Source of the DNA: an uncultured Candidatus Saccharibacteria bacterium
Lineage (GTDB): Bacteria; Patescibacteriota; Minisyncoccia; Minisyncoccales; JANBVM01
Direction of reading: 5' to 3'
Length of the DNA: 64,000 nt
Assembly: GCA_964514375.1 (NCBI GenBank)
Contig: CAZEQH010000001.1
Span: 17,303 to 81,302, forward strand
In this document: positions 1 to 8,167 of the stretch, in pieces
Layout of the letters: each line of letters opens with the position of its first letter
Position numbering within the stretch: position 1 is the stretch's first letter
Notes under the pieces: model-generated
What the model was told of the DNA's origin: nothing
What the model saw: only the letters and a program-made list of their open reading frames with translations
Databases searched by the model: none
Made by a program: the position numbers and the translations under genes

Positions 1-139
1 CCGGCTTTTTCGTCACGGCCAGGCCAAGACCAGTTTTTCCATCTAAAGCCGATATTACTTCGAACCCTTCTGATTCTAATGCGTCGCTGAAAGTCTTTTG
101 CAGAGCGGATTCATCTTCAATAAAAAGTATTTTTTTCAT
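1..139 (-). CDS. Response regulator receiver domain, N-terminal part (gene runs off the window start)
   Basis: Hand translation from ATG at 139: MKKILFIEDESALQKTFSDALESEGFEVISALDGKTGLGLAVTKKP, a CheY-like receiver N-terminus. It starts 17 nt downstream of the histidine kinase stop. Confidence 0.6.
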   Translation of the reverse strand, partial: MKKILFIEDESALQKTFSDALESEGFEVISALDGKTGLGLAVTKKP

Positions 140-155
140 AATTTTAATAATTTTA

Positions 156-1127
156 TTAAGGTTTACCCTCTCGACTAGAATTAATAGGAAGCATAAACCA
201 AAACGTCGACCCTATATTTTCTTCAGAAGTAAAGCCCATTTTACCTTTAAGTTTTTTGATGATGGCCTGAGAGATGTAGAGGCCTAGGCCGGAGCCTTCG
301 GTTTGATATTCCCTGATGTTTTTGGCCCGGAAAAATTTTTGGAAGATATATTTTTCTTCTCCCTTGGGTATACCTGCACCATCGTCTTCTATTGAAAAAT
401 ATACATTATTTCCTTTTCTTGAAAGGATTATTTCCACCTTACCCTTCTCTTTTTCATACCTGACGGCATTATCCAGCAGGTTGTCCACCACTATTCTTAT
501 ATGGAGAGGGTCGGAAAAAATCTTTGGAAGATTTCTCTGAGTTTTTAAAATAATTTTTACGTTATAGGCTTGAGCAAAAGACTTATACTCGGAGACAATA
601 TCATTAACTAATCTTCTGAGGGAAAAGAATCTCTTTTTAATGGGCAGCTTGGCAGCTTCTATTCTGGATACGGTTAATAAATCAGAAATAGATTCCTGCA
701 TCCGGTAAATATTTTCCTTGAGAATTTTAAAATATTCCATTTCCTTTTCTTTGTCTTTCCTAATTTTTCCCGAGATCAAAAACTCTATTATCCAGCGAAG
801 GTTAGCCAGAGGAGAACGCAGCTGATGGGTCGCGATACTAATAAACTCTGACTTCATTCTGTTGGCCTCTGCCAATCTTTCCACGCTTTGCATTATGATG
901 TAAGAAAGCCCCAACAACGCTCCCCCTAGGGCAAGGACGAGAAGGGTAACCTCCAGAGGGTCGTTTAGATAACTTGTACCTATCAGGTAGGCGGTGATGG
1001 AAGAGGAGATAATAATAATCCCCATCACCAAAAAAAGGAATTGAGGGCATTCCCAGACAGAAAGATTGTATTTTCTGCACTGACCAAATATGCTTAATTG
1101 CTCAAGAATTCGTTTTGGTTCATCCAT
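156..1127 (-). CDS. Sensor histidine kinase (two N-terminal TM segments, HisKA + HATPase_c)
   Basis: H-box SEFISIATHQLRSPL, N-box DNLLDNAVRY, G1 DDGAGIP, G2 GSGLGLY. The track ORF starts at a GTG (1145); first ATG (MDEPKR) is at 1127. Confidence 0.85.
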   Translation of the reverse strand: MDEPKRILEQLSIFGQCRKYNLSVWECPQFLFLVMGIIIISSSITAYLIGTSYLNDPLEVTLLVLALGGALLGLSYIIMQSVERLAEANRMKSEFISIATHQLRSPLANLRWIIEFLISGKIRKDKEKEMEYFKILKENIYRMQESISDLLTVSRIEAAKLPIKKRFFSLRRLVNDIVSEYKSFAQAYNVKIILKTQRNLPKIFSDPLHIRIVVDNLLDNAVRYEKEKGKVEIILSRKGNNVYFSIEDDGAGIPKGEEKYIFQKFFRAKNIREYQTEGSGLGLYISQAIIKKLKGKMGFTSEENIGSTFWFMLPINSSREGKP

Positions 1128-1179
1128 AAAATAAGTATAACACACTAAAAGATTAAGAAAAATATTGGAAAATCTTTTA

Positions 1180-1208
1180 TTGACGCTCTACTCTAAAAGT
1201 AGTACAAT
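1180..1208 (+). promoter_or_regulatory. Sigma70-like promoter for the tRNA-Pro/tRNA-Gly unit
   Basis: TTGACG (1180-1185), 17-nt spacer, TACAAT (1203-1208), about 38 nt upstream of the tRNA-Pro 5-prime end. Confidence 0.5.
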
Positions 1209-1245
1209 AATTCCATTCCTAAGATAAAAACAGCCCTTAATGTCG

Positions 1246-1316
1246 CGGGGTATGGTGTAATGGTAGCACGAGTCCTTTGGGAGGATTTAGTCCCAGTTCA
1301 AATCTGGGTACCCCGA
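1246..1316 (+). tRNA. tRNA-Pro (UGG), CCA not encoded
   Basis: Hand-folded: acceptor CGGGGTA/TACCCCG, anticodon stem AGTCC/GGATT with loop TTTGGGA, T-arm CCCAG-TTCAAAT-CTGGG. Confidence 0.85.
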
Positions 1317-1342
1317 CGGGATAGTAGCACCCAGAGTAAAAA

Positions 1343-1448
1343 CCTTCGCCGGAGTGAAGCGTAGCGGGCTTGCCTCGCTAAAGTTCGCCGCCGCCGAAGG
1401 CTAAGGTCGTACGTCGCCAAAGGCTATGACGACGGCGCGCGAGCGAAG
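1343..1448 (+). repeat. GC-rich tRNA-flanking repeat (5-prime flank type), copy 1
   Basis: Contains GTAGCGGGCTTGCCTCGC and CGCCGCCGCCGAAGGCTAAGG...GCGAAGG. 1385-1453 matches 51869-51937 with 2 mismatches in 69 nt. Related copy at 42296-42405. Confidence 0.7.
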
Positions 1449-1520
1449 GCGGGTGTCGTATAAAGGCTATTACCCAGCCCTTCCAAGGCTGTGATGAGGG
1501 TTCGATTCCCTTCACCCGCT
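1449..1520 (+). tRNA. tRNA-Gly (UCC), CCA not encoded
   Basis: Acceptor GCGGGTG/CACCCGC, anticodon stem CAGCC/GGCTG with loop CTTCCAA, T-arm GAGGG-TTCGATT-CCCTT, discriminator U. Confidence 0.85.
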
Positions 1521-1553
1521 CAAAAATTGTAAATAATTTTTAAACGAGGATTG

Positions 1554-1603
1554 TTCGCCTCTATTCGAGAGTGAAGCGGTTCCAAAAGGCGCTTGCCTCA
1601 GAG
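1554..1603 (+). repeat. GC-rich tRNA-flanking repeat, degenerate copy downstream of tRNA-Gly
   Basis: GAGAGTGAAGCGG...GCGCTTGCCTCAGAG parallels GGAGTGAAGCG...GGGCTTGCCTCGC at 1351-1378. Confidence 0.5.
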
Positions 1604-1606
1604 ACT

Positions 1607-1638
1607 AAAAAACACGGCTTTTAAAAAGCCGTGTTTTG
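1607..1638. terminator. Bidirectional intrinsic terminator (tRNA unit on + / rny on -)
   Basis: Perfect hairpin ACACGGCTTT-TAA-AAAGCCGTGT, flanked by an A-run and a T-run. Confidence 0.75.
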
Positions 1639-1656
1639 GAATTAAAATGGAATGGT

Positions 1657-3186
1657 TTATTTTGCGTATTCTATAGCCCTGCTTTCCCTGATAACGGTCA
1701 CCTTGATTTCTCCGGGATATCTCAACTCTTCTTGTATTCTACTGGCGATATCTTTGGCTAATTTTTTAGACTGGAGGTCGCCTAATTCCTCCGGCCTTAC
1801 AAAGACCCTTATTTCCCTCCCCGCTTGAAGAGCCCATGCTTTCTTGACCCCCATAAAGGAGGTTGCGATATCCTCCAATTCGGATAACCTCTTCAAATAG
1901 TTTTCCAGGCTTTCCTTTCTGGCTCCCGGTCTAGCTCCTGATATTTGGTCTGCAACCTGTACTATTACAGCTTCAATACTTTTCACAGGATATTCTCCAT
2001 GGTGGGATTTCATTGCTTCTATCACTTCTTTCTCTATGCCGAACTTCTCCAGAATCTTTATTCCGATGTCCACGTGGGAGCCTTCAATCTGGTGGTCTAC
2101 CGATTTTCCTATATCGTGGAACAGTCCAGCTTTTTTGCAGACAGAAGCATTGGCTCCGATTTCCTGTGCCAGGAAAGAAGCCAGGTAAGCTACTTCAATG
2201 GAGTGGAGCAGCACATTTTGGCCGTAACTGGTCCGGAATTTTAATCTGCCCAGCAGTTTCAGTAATCTTTCGTTCAGTCCCAACATTCCCAGTTCATATG
2301 CCGCTGTCTCTCCGGCTTTTTTAATTTGGGCGTCTATCTCTTTTCTGGCTTCCTCAACTTTTTCTTCTATTCTGGCTGGCTGTATTCTTCCGTCCAATAT
2401 AAGCTTTTCCAGAGCCATTTTGGCTATTTGCCTTCTGGCGGGGTCAAATCCTGAAATTACCACCGTTTCCGGGGTCTCGTCAATAATAATTTCCACACCC
2501 GTCAGCTTCTCCAGGCTGCGTATATTCCTTCCTTCCTTTCCGATAATTCTTCCTTTGATATCTTCGTTGGGGAGGGCTACCGTGGAGGTGGTAATCTCCT
2601 GAGCTTGGGAAACGGCATACTTTTGGATTGCAGTAGCTAATATTTCTTTAGCCTTCATTTCAAATCGCTCATAGCCTTCCTGTTCCATCTTGTTGATTTT
2701 TTCCAGGATGTCTATTTTATATTCTTTCTCTACTTTATCCAGAAGTTCCATCTTAGCCTCCTTGCTGCTGATACCTGAAACCTTCTCCAGCTTTTCTATG
2801 GCTTGCCTTCTCATGTTCTCCAAATCATTTTTGATTTCCTTTACTCTCTCTATTTTCTCCTGGAGTTTCTGTTGGTTCACCTCAAAATCAGATATCTTTT
2901 TGTCCAAGATACTTTCACGCTTAGATAAGAGTTGTTCTGCTTTGAAAAGTCTTCTTCTTCTAACCTCTTCTTCTTTTTTACCCCTCTCTATTATGAAAGA
3001 AGCCCTTTCCTTTGCCCGAGAGACTATGCCTTCAGTTTCTTTGGCGGCCTTTTCGATTCGCTTTTGAATCTTGGCCTCTATTGTCTTCCAGTCTCGTTTG
3101 GCAATTGATTGACGAACATAATATCCGAGGATTACTCCTATAGAAAGGCAGCACAAACCCCCGATTAACAGTATTAACGGATTCAT
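1657..3186 (-). CDS. rny: Ribonuclease Y
   Basis: N-terminal TM helix, long coiled coil, KH motif GRIIGKEGRNIRSLE, HD domain (LFHDIGK...HH). 509 aa. Confidence 0.95.
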   Translation of the reverse strand: MNPLILLIGGLCCLSIGVILGYYVRQSIAKRDWKTIEAKIQKRIEKAAKETEGIVSRAKERASFIIERGKKEEEVRRRRLFKAEQLLSKRESILDKKISDFEVNQQKLQEKIERVKEIKNDLENMRRQAIEKLEKVSGISSKEAKMELLDKVEKEYKIDILEKINKMEQEGYERFEMKAKEILATAIQKYAVSQAQEITTSTVALPNEDIKGRIIGKEGRNIRSLEKLTGVEIIIDETPETVVISGFDPARRQIAKMALEKLILDGRIQPARIEEKVEEARKEIDAQIKKAGETAAYELGMLGLNERLLKLLGRLKFRTSYGQNVLLHSIEVAYLASFLAQEIGANASVCKKAGLFHDIGKSVDHQIEGSHVDIGIKILEKFGIEKEVIEAMKSHHGEYPVKSIEAVIVQVADQISGARPGARKESLENYLKRLSELEDIATSFMGVKKAWALQAGREIRVFVRPEELGDLQSKKLAKDIASRIQEELRYPGEIKVTVIRESRAIEYAK

Positions 3187-3364
3187 AATTCAAAATGGGA
3201 AATTGGCTATTTAGAATAATGCTCTTTAAAATCATACTCTCTTTTTAAGAAATTAACTAAATAATTCCAAAATCCGCTGTTTAAACTCATTATTTTCATA
3301 CCATAATTATATAATATTTTATCCAGAAGTCAAACGACTTCCTTGATAAACTTTATCTGAAAGT

Positions 3365-3390
3365 AAAAGCCCGAAATTTTCGGGCTTTTT
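3365..3390. terminator. Intrinsic terminator hairpin
   Basis: AAAAGCCCGAAA/TTTCGGGCTTTT palindrome downstream of the minus-strand gene that ends at 3415. Confidence 0.65.
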
Positions 3391-3414
3391 ACAGGCTTAT
3401 AAATCTTCAGCTAA

Positions 3415-4176
3415 TTATTGATTCACAATCTCTGCCTGACTTTTTTCTTGTATGCTTTCGTTTTTCTTCAAGTCTTCATATATGAGCAAAGAATAAATTA
3501 TCGGAAAGGGAGCGACAATAAAGTCAAAGAGTGAGCCTATAAAGGGAATATGCATGGCTTTGGAAATGGAACTTGTAAGATAAACAATCACGGAAATCAC
3601 CAGCATCATAAGGAACATTCTGACAAAAACCTCCCACCATTTTCCGCTTACCAATTTCTTGCTCCTGGACATAGCTTTTGTGCCCTTTAACCCTTCTATA
3701 ACAAGGACATAAAAGGAAAAGTAAAACCATATACTGAATATTATGCCCGGGATTATGAAGAAAAGATACCCCGCGCTTATTATCAGGCCGGTAAGCATGG
3801 AAATCCAGGCCGCCGACATTATCTTACCTCTGACTTTGCCATAAGATTCCCTAATCCCCGGTTTCTCCTCGCTTTTCGCGATGGCGTATATGAGGGCTAA
3901 GTGAGACCAGACAGCAGTAATCCCGACAATAATTACGCCCAGGACAAACCACAAGAGCAGAAGACCCTTTAAAGGGCTGAAATCGAAAATAGCCGAGGAT
4001 ACTACGAAAGAGAGAAATCCCGCGGCCAGGGCAATAATTAAAAGAGGCAGGAATATCAGCATGGGAACTGCCGTAATTCCCAATAAGGTGCCAAGTCTGG
4101 CATTATAAATTTGCCATGTCTTCTCAAACAGCTTATTGATATTAGGTAAAGAAGGTTCTTTTTGGTTATTATTCAT
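3415..4176 (-). CDS. Multi-pass membrane protein, function unknown
   Basis: 253-aa ORF with about six hydrophobic helices. No catalytic motif recognised. Confidence 0.6.
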   Translation of the reverse strand: MNNNQKEPSLPNINKLFEKTWQIYNARLGTLLGITAVPMLIFLPLLIIALAAGFLSFVVSSAIFDFSPLKGLLLLWFVLGVIIVGITAVWSHLALIYAIAKSEEKPGIRESYGKVRGKIMSAAWISMLTGLIISAGYLFFIIPGIIFSIWFYFSFYVLVIEGLKGTKAMSRSKKLVSGKWWEVFVRMFLMMLVISVIVYLTSSISKAMHIPFIGSLFDFIVAPFPIIYSLLIYEDLKKNESIQEKSQAEIVNQ

Positions 4177-4239
4177 AGAGTTTTAAAGAGTCAAATTTAA
4201 GACTTTTGAAATATTGTACCATAATTTCTCTGGAGAAAA

Positions 4240-4270
4240 AACAAAAAAAGCGGCAGTCACCGCTTCTTTT
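4240..4270 (-). terminator. Intrinsic terminator after the 63-aa membrane ORF
   Basis: On the minus strand: AAGCGG-TGACTG-CCGCTT followed by TTTTTGTTTTTT. Confidence 0.55.
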
Positions 4271-4292
4271 GTTTTAATTAAAGTTAACCCGT

Positions 4293-4484
4293 TTAGTCAA
4301 AATCCATTTCCTCTTGCTCGTTTCTTTGGGCTGATCTCAAATCGGTAAGTACTGTGGGCAGAAGATATACGCCCACAGCTATCAGCATTACACCGATTGC
4401 GTCTCTTAAAAAGATTCCTACGGCTATGAGTACTAGGCAGACTATCAAGGCTGACTTTTCTAAGGAATTCTTACTACGCGACAT
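4293..4484 (-). CDS. Small two-helix membrane protein
   Basis: 63-aa ORF, ATG start, two hydrophobic segments, own terminator. Confidence 0.4.
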   Translation of the reverse strand: MSRSKNSLEKSALIVCLVLIAVGIFLRDAIGVMLIAVGVYLLPTVLTDLRSAQRNEQEEMDFD

Positions 4485-4524
4485 ATATTTATATCTTGCT
4501 TTATAATGCCTATCCTTTCTTTTG

Positions 4525-4917
4525 TCAAGAGTTGAGATGTTTTGTCTTTTCTCTGCGATTTTCTGCCTTTCTTACCTCTTCCTCATCCATACCGAAATAA
4601 TGGGCAATTTCATGCCAGACGGTATTTTTAACGATTTCCCTTATTTGTTCTTCAGAGTGCGCCGCCCTTTCAATCGCTTTTTTGAAAATAGTGATTTTGT
4701 CGGGCAGGACCTGACCGTAGTGCCATCTCTTGGTTTTAGGAATGCCCTCGTAGAGTCCGAATACCGCCCAATTTTTTTTATCTTTCAGTTTTTCGGCTTG
4801 AAGTGCAGTTGGTTCCTCCTCTATTACAATATCCACATTATCTAGCCTCCTCAAGAATTTTTCCGGTATAGCCCTTATCCCTTCATTGACCAGCTGCTCG
4901 AATTTTTCAGAGTCCAT
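4525..4917 (-). CDS. Zincin-like metallopeptidase family protein (HExxH)
   Basis: C-terminal WHEIAHYFG motif on a small acidic protein. Track start is TTG (4923); first ATG is at 4917. Confidence 0.7.
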   Translation of the reverse strand: MDSEKFEQLVNEGIRAIPEKFLRRLDNVDIVIEEEPTALQAEKLKDKKNWAVFGLYEGIPKTKRWHYGQVLPDKITIFKKAIERAAHSEEQIREIVKNTVWHEIAHYFGMDEEEVRKAENRREKTKHLNS

Positions 4918-4967
4918 GTGCAAATTAAAACACCTTAAGACTTGCCCTTTTTTCGGTAGTCCGGTGT

Positions 4968-5228
4968 TTATTTTCCCAAGTTGTTATAAAGCCGGATAGT
5001 GGCATAAACAAGTACCCAAACAGATAAAACTATCATTGCTGCCCCCAGCAAACTGAAACCTGAGCTGACATCATTTGATTCTATCGATGACAGGTTAAAC
5101 CCGGGGGACATACTGGTCACATAAATATGAATAAGTTTCGGGAAAGCCGTCAGCACAACCAGATAGACAATGTAGCAGGCGAGAGCTACGACTGAGGAGG
5201 CGTTTGCTAATTTCGTTGGTTTAAGCAT
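4968..5228 (-). CDS. Small membrane protein, paralog pair member (C-terminus RLYNNLGK)
   Basis: 86 aa, three hydrophobic helices. Shares the C-terminal YN(K/N)LGK with the neighbouring ORF. Confidence 0.5.
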   Translation of the reverse strand: MLKPTKLANASSVVALACYIVYLVVLTAFPKLIHIYVTSMSPGFNLSSIESNDVSSGFSLLGAAMIVLSVWVLVYATIRLYNNLGK

Positions 5229-5237
5229 GGTTTAATA

Positions 5238-5483
5238 TTATTTTCCCAGTTTGTTGTAAACCCAGGCGATTATCACCCCGCCTACAAAGCCGTCGGTAAA
5301 TGCCCAGACAGCCCCTATAACGGCTCCAAGGAGAGAAGGAGTATAGCCAATATAAAGAGATGACAATACTTCTACGATTACCGTTCCCCACCCGAAGATA
5401 GAGGTCATGCCTATTGTAAGAACAAGAAATGCCCACGCTGAGCCGACTGCTAAGCCGAGAGACAAGATGTTTAAGTTTTCCAT
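5238..5483 (-). CDS. Small membrane protein, paralog pair member (C-terminus VYNKLGK)
   Basis: Gly-rich hydrophobic protein. Track start is TTG (5492); first ATG (MENLN) is at 5483. Confidence 0.5.
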   Translation of the reverse strand: MENLNILSLGLAVGSAWAFLVLTIGMTSIFGWGTVIVEVLSSLYIGYTPSLLGAVIGAVWAFTDGFVGGVIIAWVYNKLGK

Positions 5484-5520
5484 ATGATTCAATATTATTA
5501 GATTTCGGCCTTTAAAGCTC

Positions 5521-6120
5521 TTACCATTTTAATAAAAATTTATGACAGTCTTCTTCGTTTCCTTGGCAGGGTTTTATACTGCACGAAGTTTCCTTTCCTA
5601 CAATCATCTGGAGTACAGTGGAAAAATACCCTATAAGATACTGGAGATGAGACGGAATGGTCTTAAAATTTTCCAATCGGAGCAGTAATGTTTTTTTACT
5701 TTTATCCAGATTTTCCACTTTGAGGTTCCCTGCCGTATGATACCTCCTCCACATATTAGGGGCTTCATTTGCGGCCATATCCAGAGAAATCAAAAATCTC
5801 ATGAATAACCTTTTGATGGGTCCTACCCTGGCGTCTATTTTTCCCATCTCTTGGAAGTCTTTATCGTTGAAAGAGAACAATCTCTGTGACAATAGCAGAG
5901 TGATAAAGGCTAGGCCCATTGGGTAGAAGTCCATCAGCTTGATGTCCTTGTAGTCTATAGGATAGCCGGCCTCTGTGATTGCCTTCTCCAATTTTTTCAA
6001 GCCTTCCATACCTTTCCTTTTTAATACAAGGTCGCTGATATTCTTGGGGCCGCTCCCCCTGACTTTTCCGCTGACGCTTATTAATTGTTTAAACTCTTCC
6101 TTGGTGATTGGCGGTTCCAT
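5521..6120 (-). CDS. Paralog family A, member 1 (~200 aa; suspected V4R/DUF2378-like ligand-binding domain)
   Basis: MEPPITKEEFKQL...GKVRG...FYPMG...MWRRYH...C-terminal CQGNEEDCHKFLLKW. Aligns over its full length with the ORFs at 6175, 7553, 9343 and 39833. Confidence 0.7.
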   Translation of the reverse strand: MEPPITKEEFKQLISVSGKVRGSGPKNISDLVLKRKGMEGLKKLEKAITEAGYPIDYKDIKLMDFYPMGLAFITLLLSQRLFSFNDKDFQEMGKIDARVGPIKRLFMRFLISLDMAANEAPNMWRRYHTAGNLKVENLDKSKKTLLLRLENFKTIPSHLQYLIGYFSTVLQMIVGKETSCSIKPCQGNEEDCHKFLLKW

Positions 6121-6174
6121 AAAATATAATAACGGTTAATTTGATAAGTCAAAGGTATTATTTTATAAGATATT

Positions 6175-6774
6175 TTACCAATTCAGAACGAACTCATGAT
6201 AATCGTCACCCTTATGGATGCATTTTCTTTCTTCGCAACTGACCGGTTTTTTGACAATCATCTGAACCAGAGTAGGCAGATACCCCTTAAAGGTCTCGCA
6301 CACCAGGGGTGTAGTATGGAAATTTTTCAAGATAAGCTCCGCATATCCGTCTTTCTCATCTAACTTTTCAACGGACATTTCTCCTATAGTATAGTAGGTA
6401 TGCCACATCCTGGGTACTACTTTTGCCATTCTGTTTAAGGAAAGAAAATATTTCATGAAAAGCCTCACTAAAATGGAATGTTTGATTTCAGCCCTGCCCA
6501 TTTTCTGGAACATCAGGTTATCGTAGTTAAACATTCTTTGGATGAGTGTTAGGGTGACGGCTTCGACCCCTACAGGATAAAGTTCCATCCTCTTTATCTT
6601 GTCATACTCTATGGGATAGCCCAGATCTTTCATTGCTTTCTCTAAATTTTTTAGTCCTTCTTCTCCTTCCTGCTCCGTAAAAAAATCAACGTCGTTTTTT
6701 ATGCCGTTGCCTCTTATCTCCCCCTTAAGATTTATTAATTGTTTAAACTTTTCCTTGGTGATTGGCGGTTCCAT
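6175..6774 (-). CDS. Paralog family A, member 2
   Basis: MEPPITKEKFKQL...C-terminal CIHKGDDYHEFVLNW. An upstream in-frame ATG at 6795 is possible. Start chosen by homology to member 1 (48-nt near-identical 5-prime end). Confidence 0.7.
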   Translation of the reverse strand: MEPPITKEKFKQLINLKGEIRGNGIKNDVDFFTEQEGEEGLKNLEKAMKDLGYPIEYDKIKRMELYPVGVEAVTLTLIQRMFNYDNLMFQKMGRAEIKHSILVRLFMKYFLSLNRMAKVVPRMWHTYYTIGEMSVEKLDEKDGYAELILKNFHTTPLVCETFKGYLPTLVQMIVKKPVSCEERKCIHKGDDYHEFVLNW

Positions 6775-6832
6775 AAAATTTTTGTGATTGTGCATTATAT
6801 TAAGCAGCTTAATTCAAGGCACTGTTATTTCT

Positions 6833-7165
6833 TTATTTTTCTTCCTCAAGCTGGAACTCTCTTTCGGCGTAAGTGCCCTTTTCCATATCTTCCAGACCTC
6901 TTTTCTCGCTTTTCAATCTTTTCTGGGCGTCCCCGGTTTTATATGCCTGTTCGATAATATCGTCATATCTGCCGGGATGGGACTCTTTTACTTTTTCTTC
7001 AGCTGAAACATAATCTAATTCTAATTTTATATCCTTGTCTTTTTCTTCCCGTAAGGCCTTCTCAAATAACGCTTTAATTCTGGGAATGTGGTAATCACTA
7101 CTTATCAAGGCAACTTTTTCCCAACCCTTTTCCTCTTTTAATTCTAATGTTTCGGGATTCCTCAT
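6833..7165 (-). pseudogene. Stand-alone C-terminal fragment of a DUF218/YdcF-like domain
   Basis: KVALISSDYHIPRIKALF resembles the DUF218 TSxxHxxR motif. The N-terminal half of the domain is absent. The track ORF begins at TTG 7201; first ATG is at 7165. Confidence 0.4.
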
Positions 7166-7211
7166 ACTCTTATTATAGCCCTTATAGTCTTTATGGAGCA
7201 AACCTTTTTCT

Positions 7212-7237
7212 AATAAAAAGTGGTGCGAGACGCACCA
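7212..7237 (-). terminator. Intrinsic terminator after the 71-aa ORF
   Basis: Minus strand TGGTGCG-TCT-CGCACCA followed by CTTTTT. Confidence 0.5.
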
Positions 7238-7246
7238 GTGATTGGC

Positions 7247-7462
7247 TTAAAAATCAAGCGGTCTGCGATGCATTCTCGCCCTTTCATAAAAAGCTCCTAA
7301 TTCTGTGACCTGCTTTGCAGAGATAAGTTCTTCCGCTATGAGTTCGTCGAACAGGTCCTTAAATTCTCTGATTTGCTCTTTATATTTTTCCGCATCCTTT
7401 TTGATTTTTTCAGCCTTTTTTTCTATTTTTTTCTTTAATTTTAAAAGTTCTCTAAGACTCAT
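7247..7462 (-). CDS. Small Lys/Glu-rich coiled-coil protein
   Basis: 71-aa ORF with ATG start and its own terminator. No recognisable domain. Confidence 0.4.
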   Translation of the reverse strand: MSLRELLKLKKKIEKKAEKIKKDAEKYKEQIREFKDLFDELIAEELISAKQVTELGAFYERARMHRRPLDF

Positions 7463-7552
7463 AAGCTCTTTTTAAGCCTTCTTATTCTCCCTGTCAAACA
7501 AAAAAGCGGACTGAGTGTCCGGGTTTTTGAATGAAAATACCAATAATAATCA

Positions 7553-8167
7553 CTACCACTTCAGCAGGAAGTCATGATATTTATCCCCCTTGTAAACGCA
7601 GTTAATTTCCTCCCCCGTTACTTTTTTCCCCGTCACTATCTGTATGGCAGTGCAGTAGTATCCAATAAGAAAATGGCAGTAAATGCGCGGCGTATCAATG
7701 GGATAAACGGGATAATCCTTCATGCGGATAATGACATACCTCTGTTTTTCACTGTAATCCGGCACCGTAAGCTCCCCTACGGTAAGCATCATCTTGTACA
7801 TTTTTGGGGCGGATTCAGCTGCCTTGTCGATGGAAATCAAATATTTTAACCAGAGCCGTAAGAGATTAGGAAGTTTGAAGCAGAATCTCCCCATTCCCTG
7901 AAATTTTTGTTCGTCATAATGAAATAGCTTTTTGATAATGGCGAAAGCGAGGAAACTCCACCACAGAGGATAAAAAGACATCGCGCTTATCTCATTATAC
8001 TTTAGCGGACATCCGAGATTCTGCGATGCCTCTTCCAATTTTTTCAGCCCTTCTTTTTTGTGTTCCTGGAGAATGTATCTTCCATAGTTTTTCAACGCCA
8101 AACCTCTTACTTGTCCTTTTATCTTCTTTATCTTCTCCAGCTCATCTTTGGAAATTATTTCTTCCAT
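7553..8167 (-). CDS. Paralog family A, member 3
   Basis: C-terminal CVYKGDKYHDFLLKW. Its start overlaps the PAP2 gene end by 13 nt. Confidence 0.7.
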   Translation of the reverse strand: MEEIISKDELEKIKKIKGQVRGLALKNYGRYILQEHKKEGLKKLEEASQNLGCPLKYNEISAMSFYPLWWSFLAFAIIKKLFHYDEQKFQGMGRFCFKLPNLLRLWLKYLISIDKAAESAPKMYKMMLTVGELTVPDYSEKQRYVIIRMKDYPVYPIDTPRIYCHFLIGYYCTAIQIVTGKKVTGEEINCVYKGDKYHDFLLKW

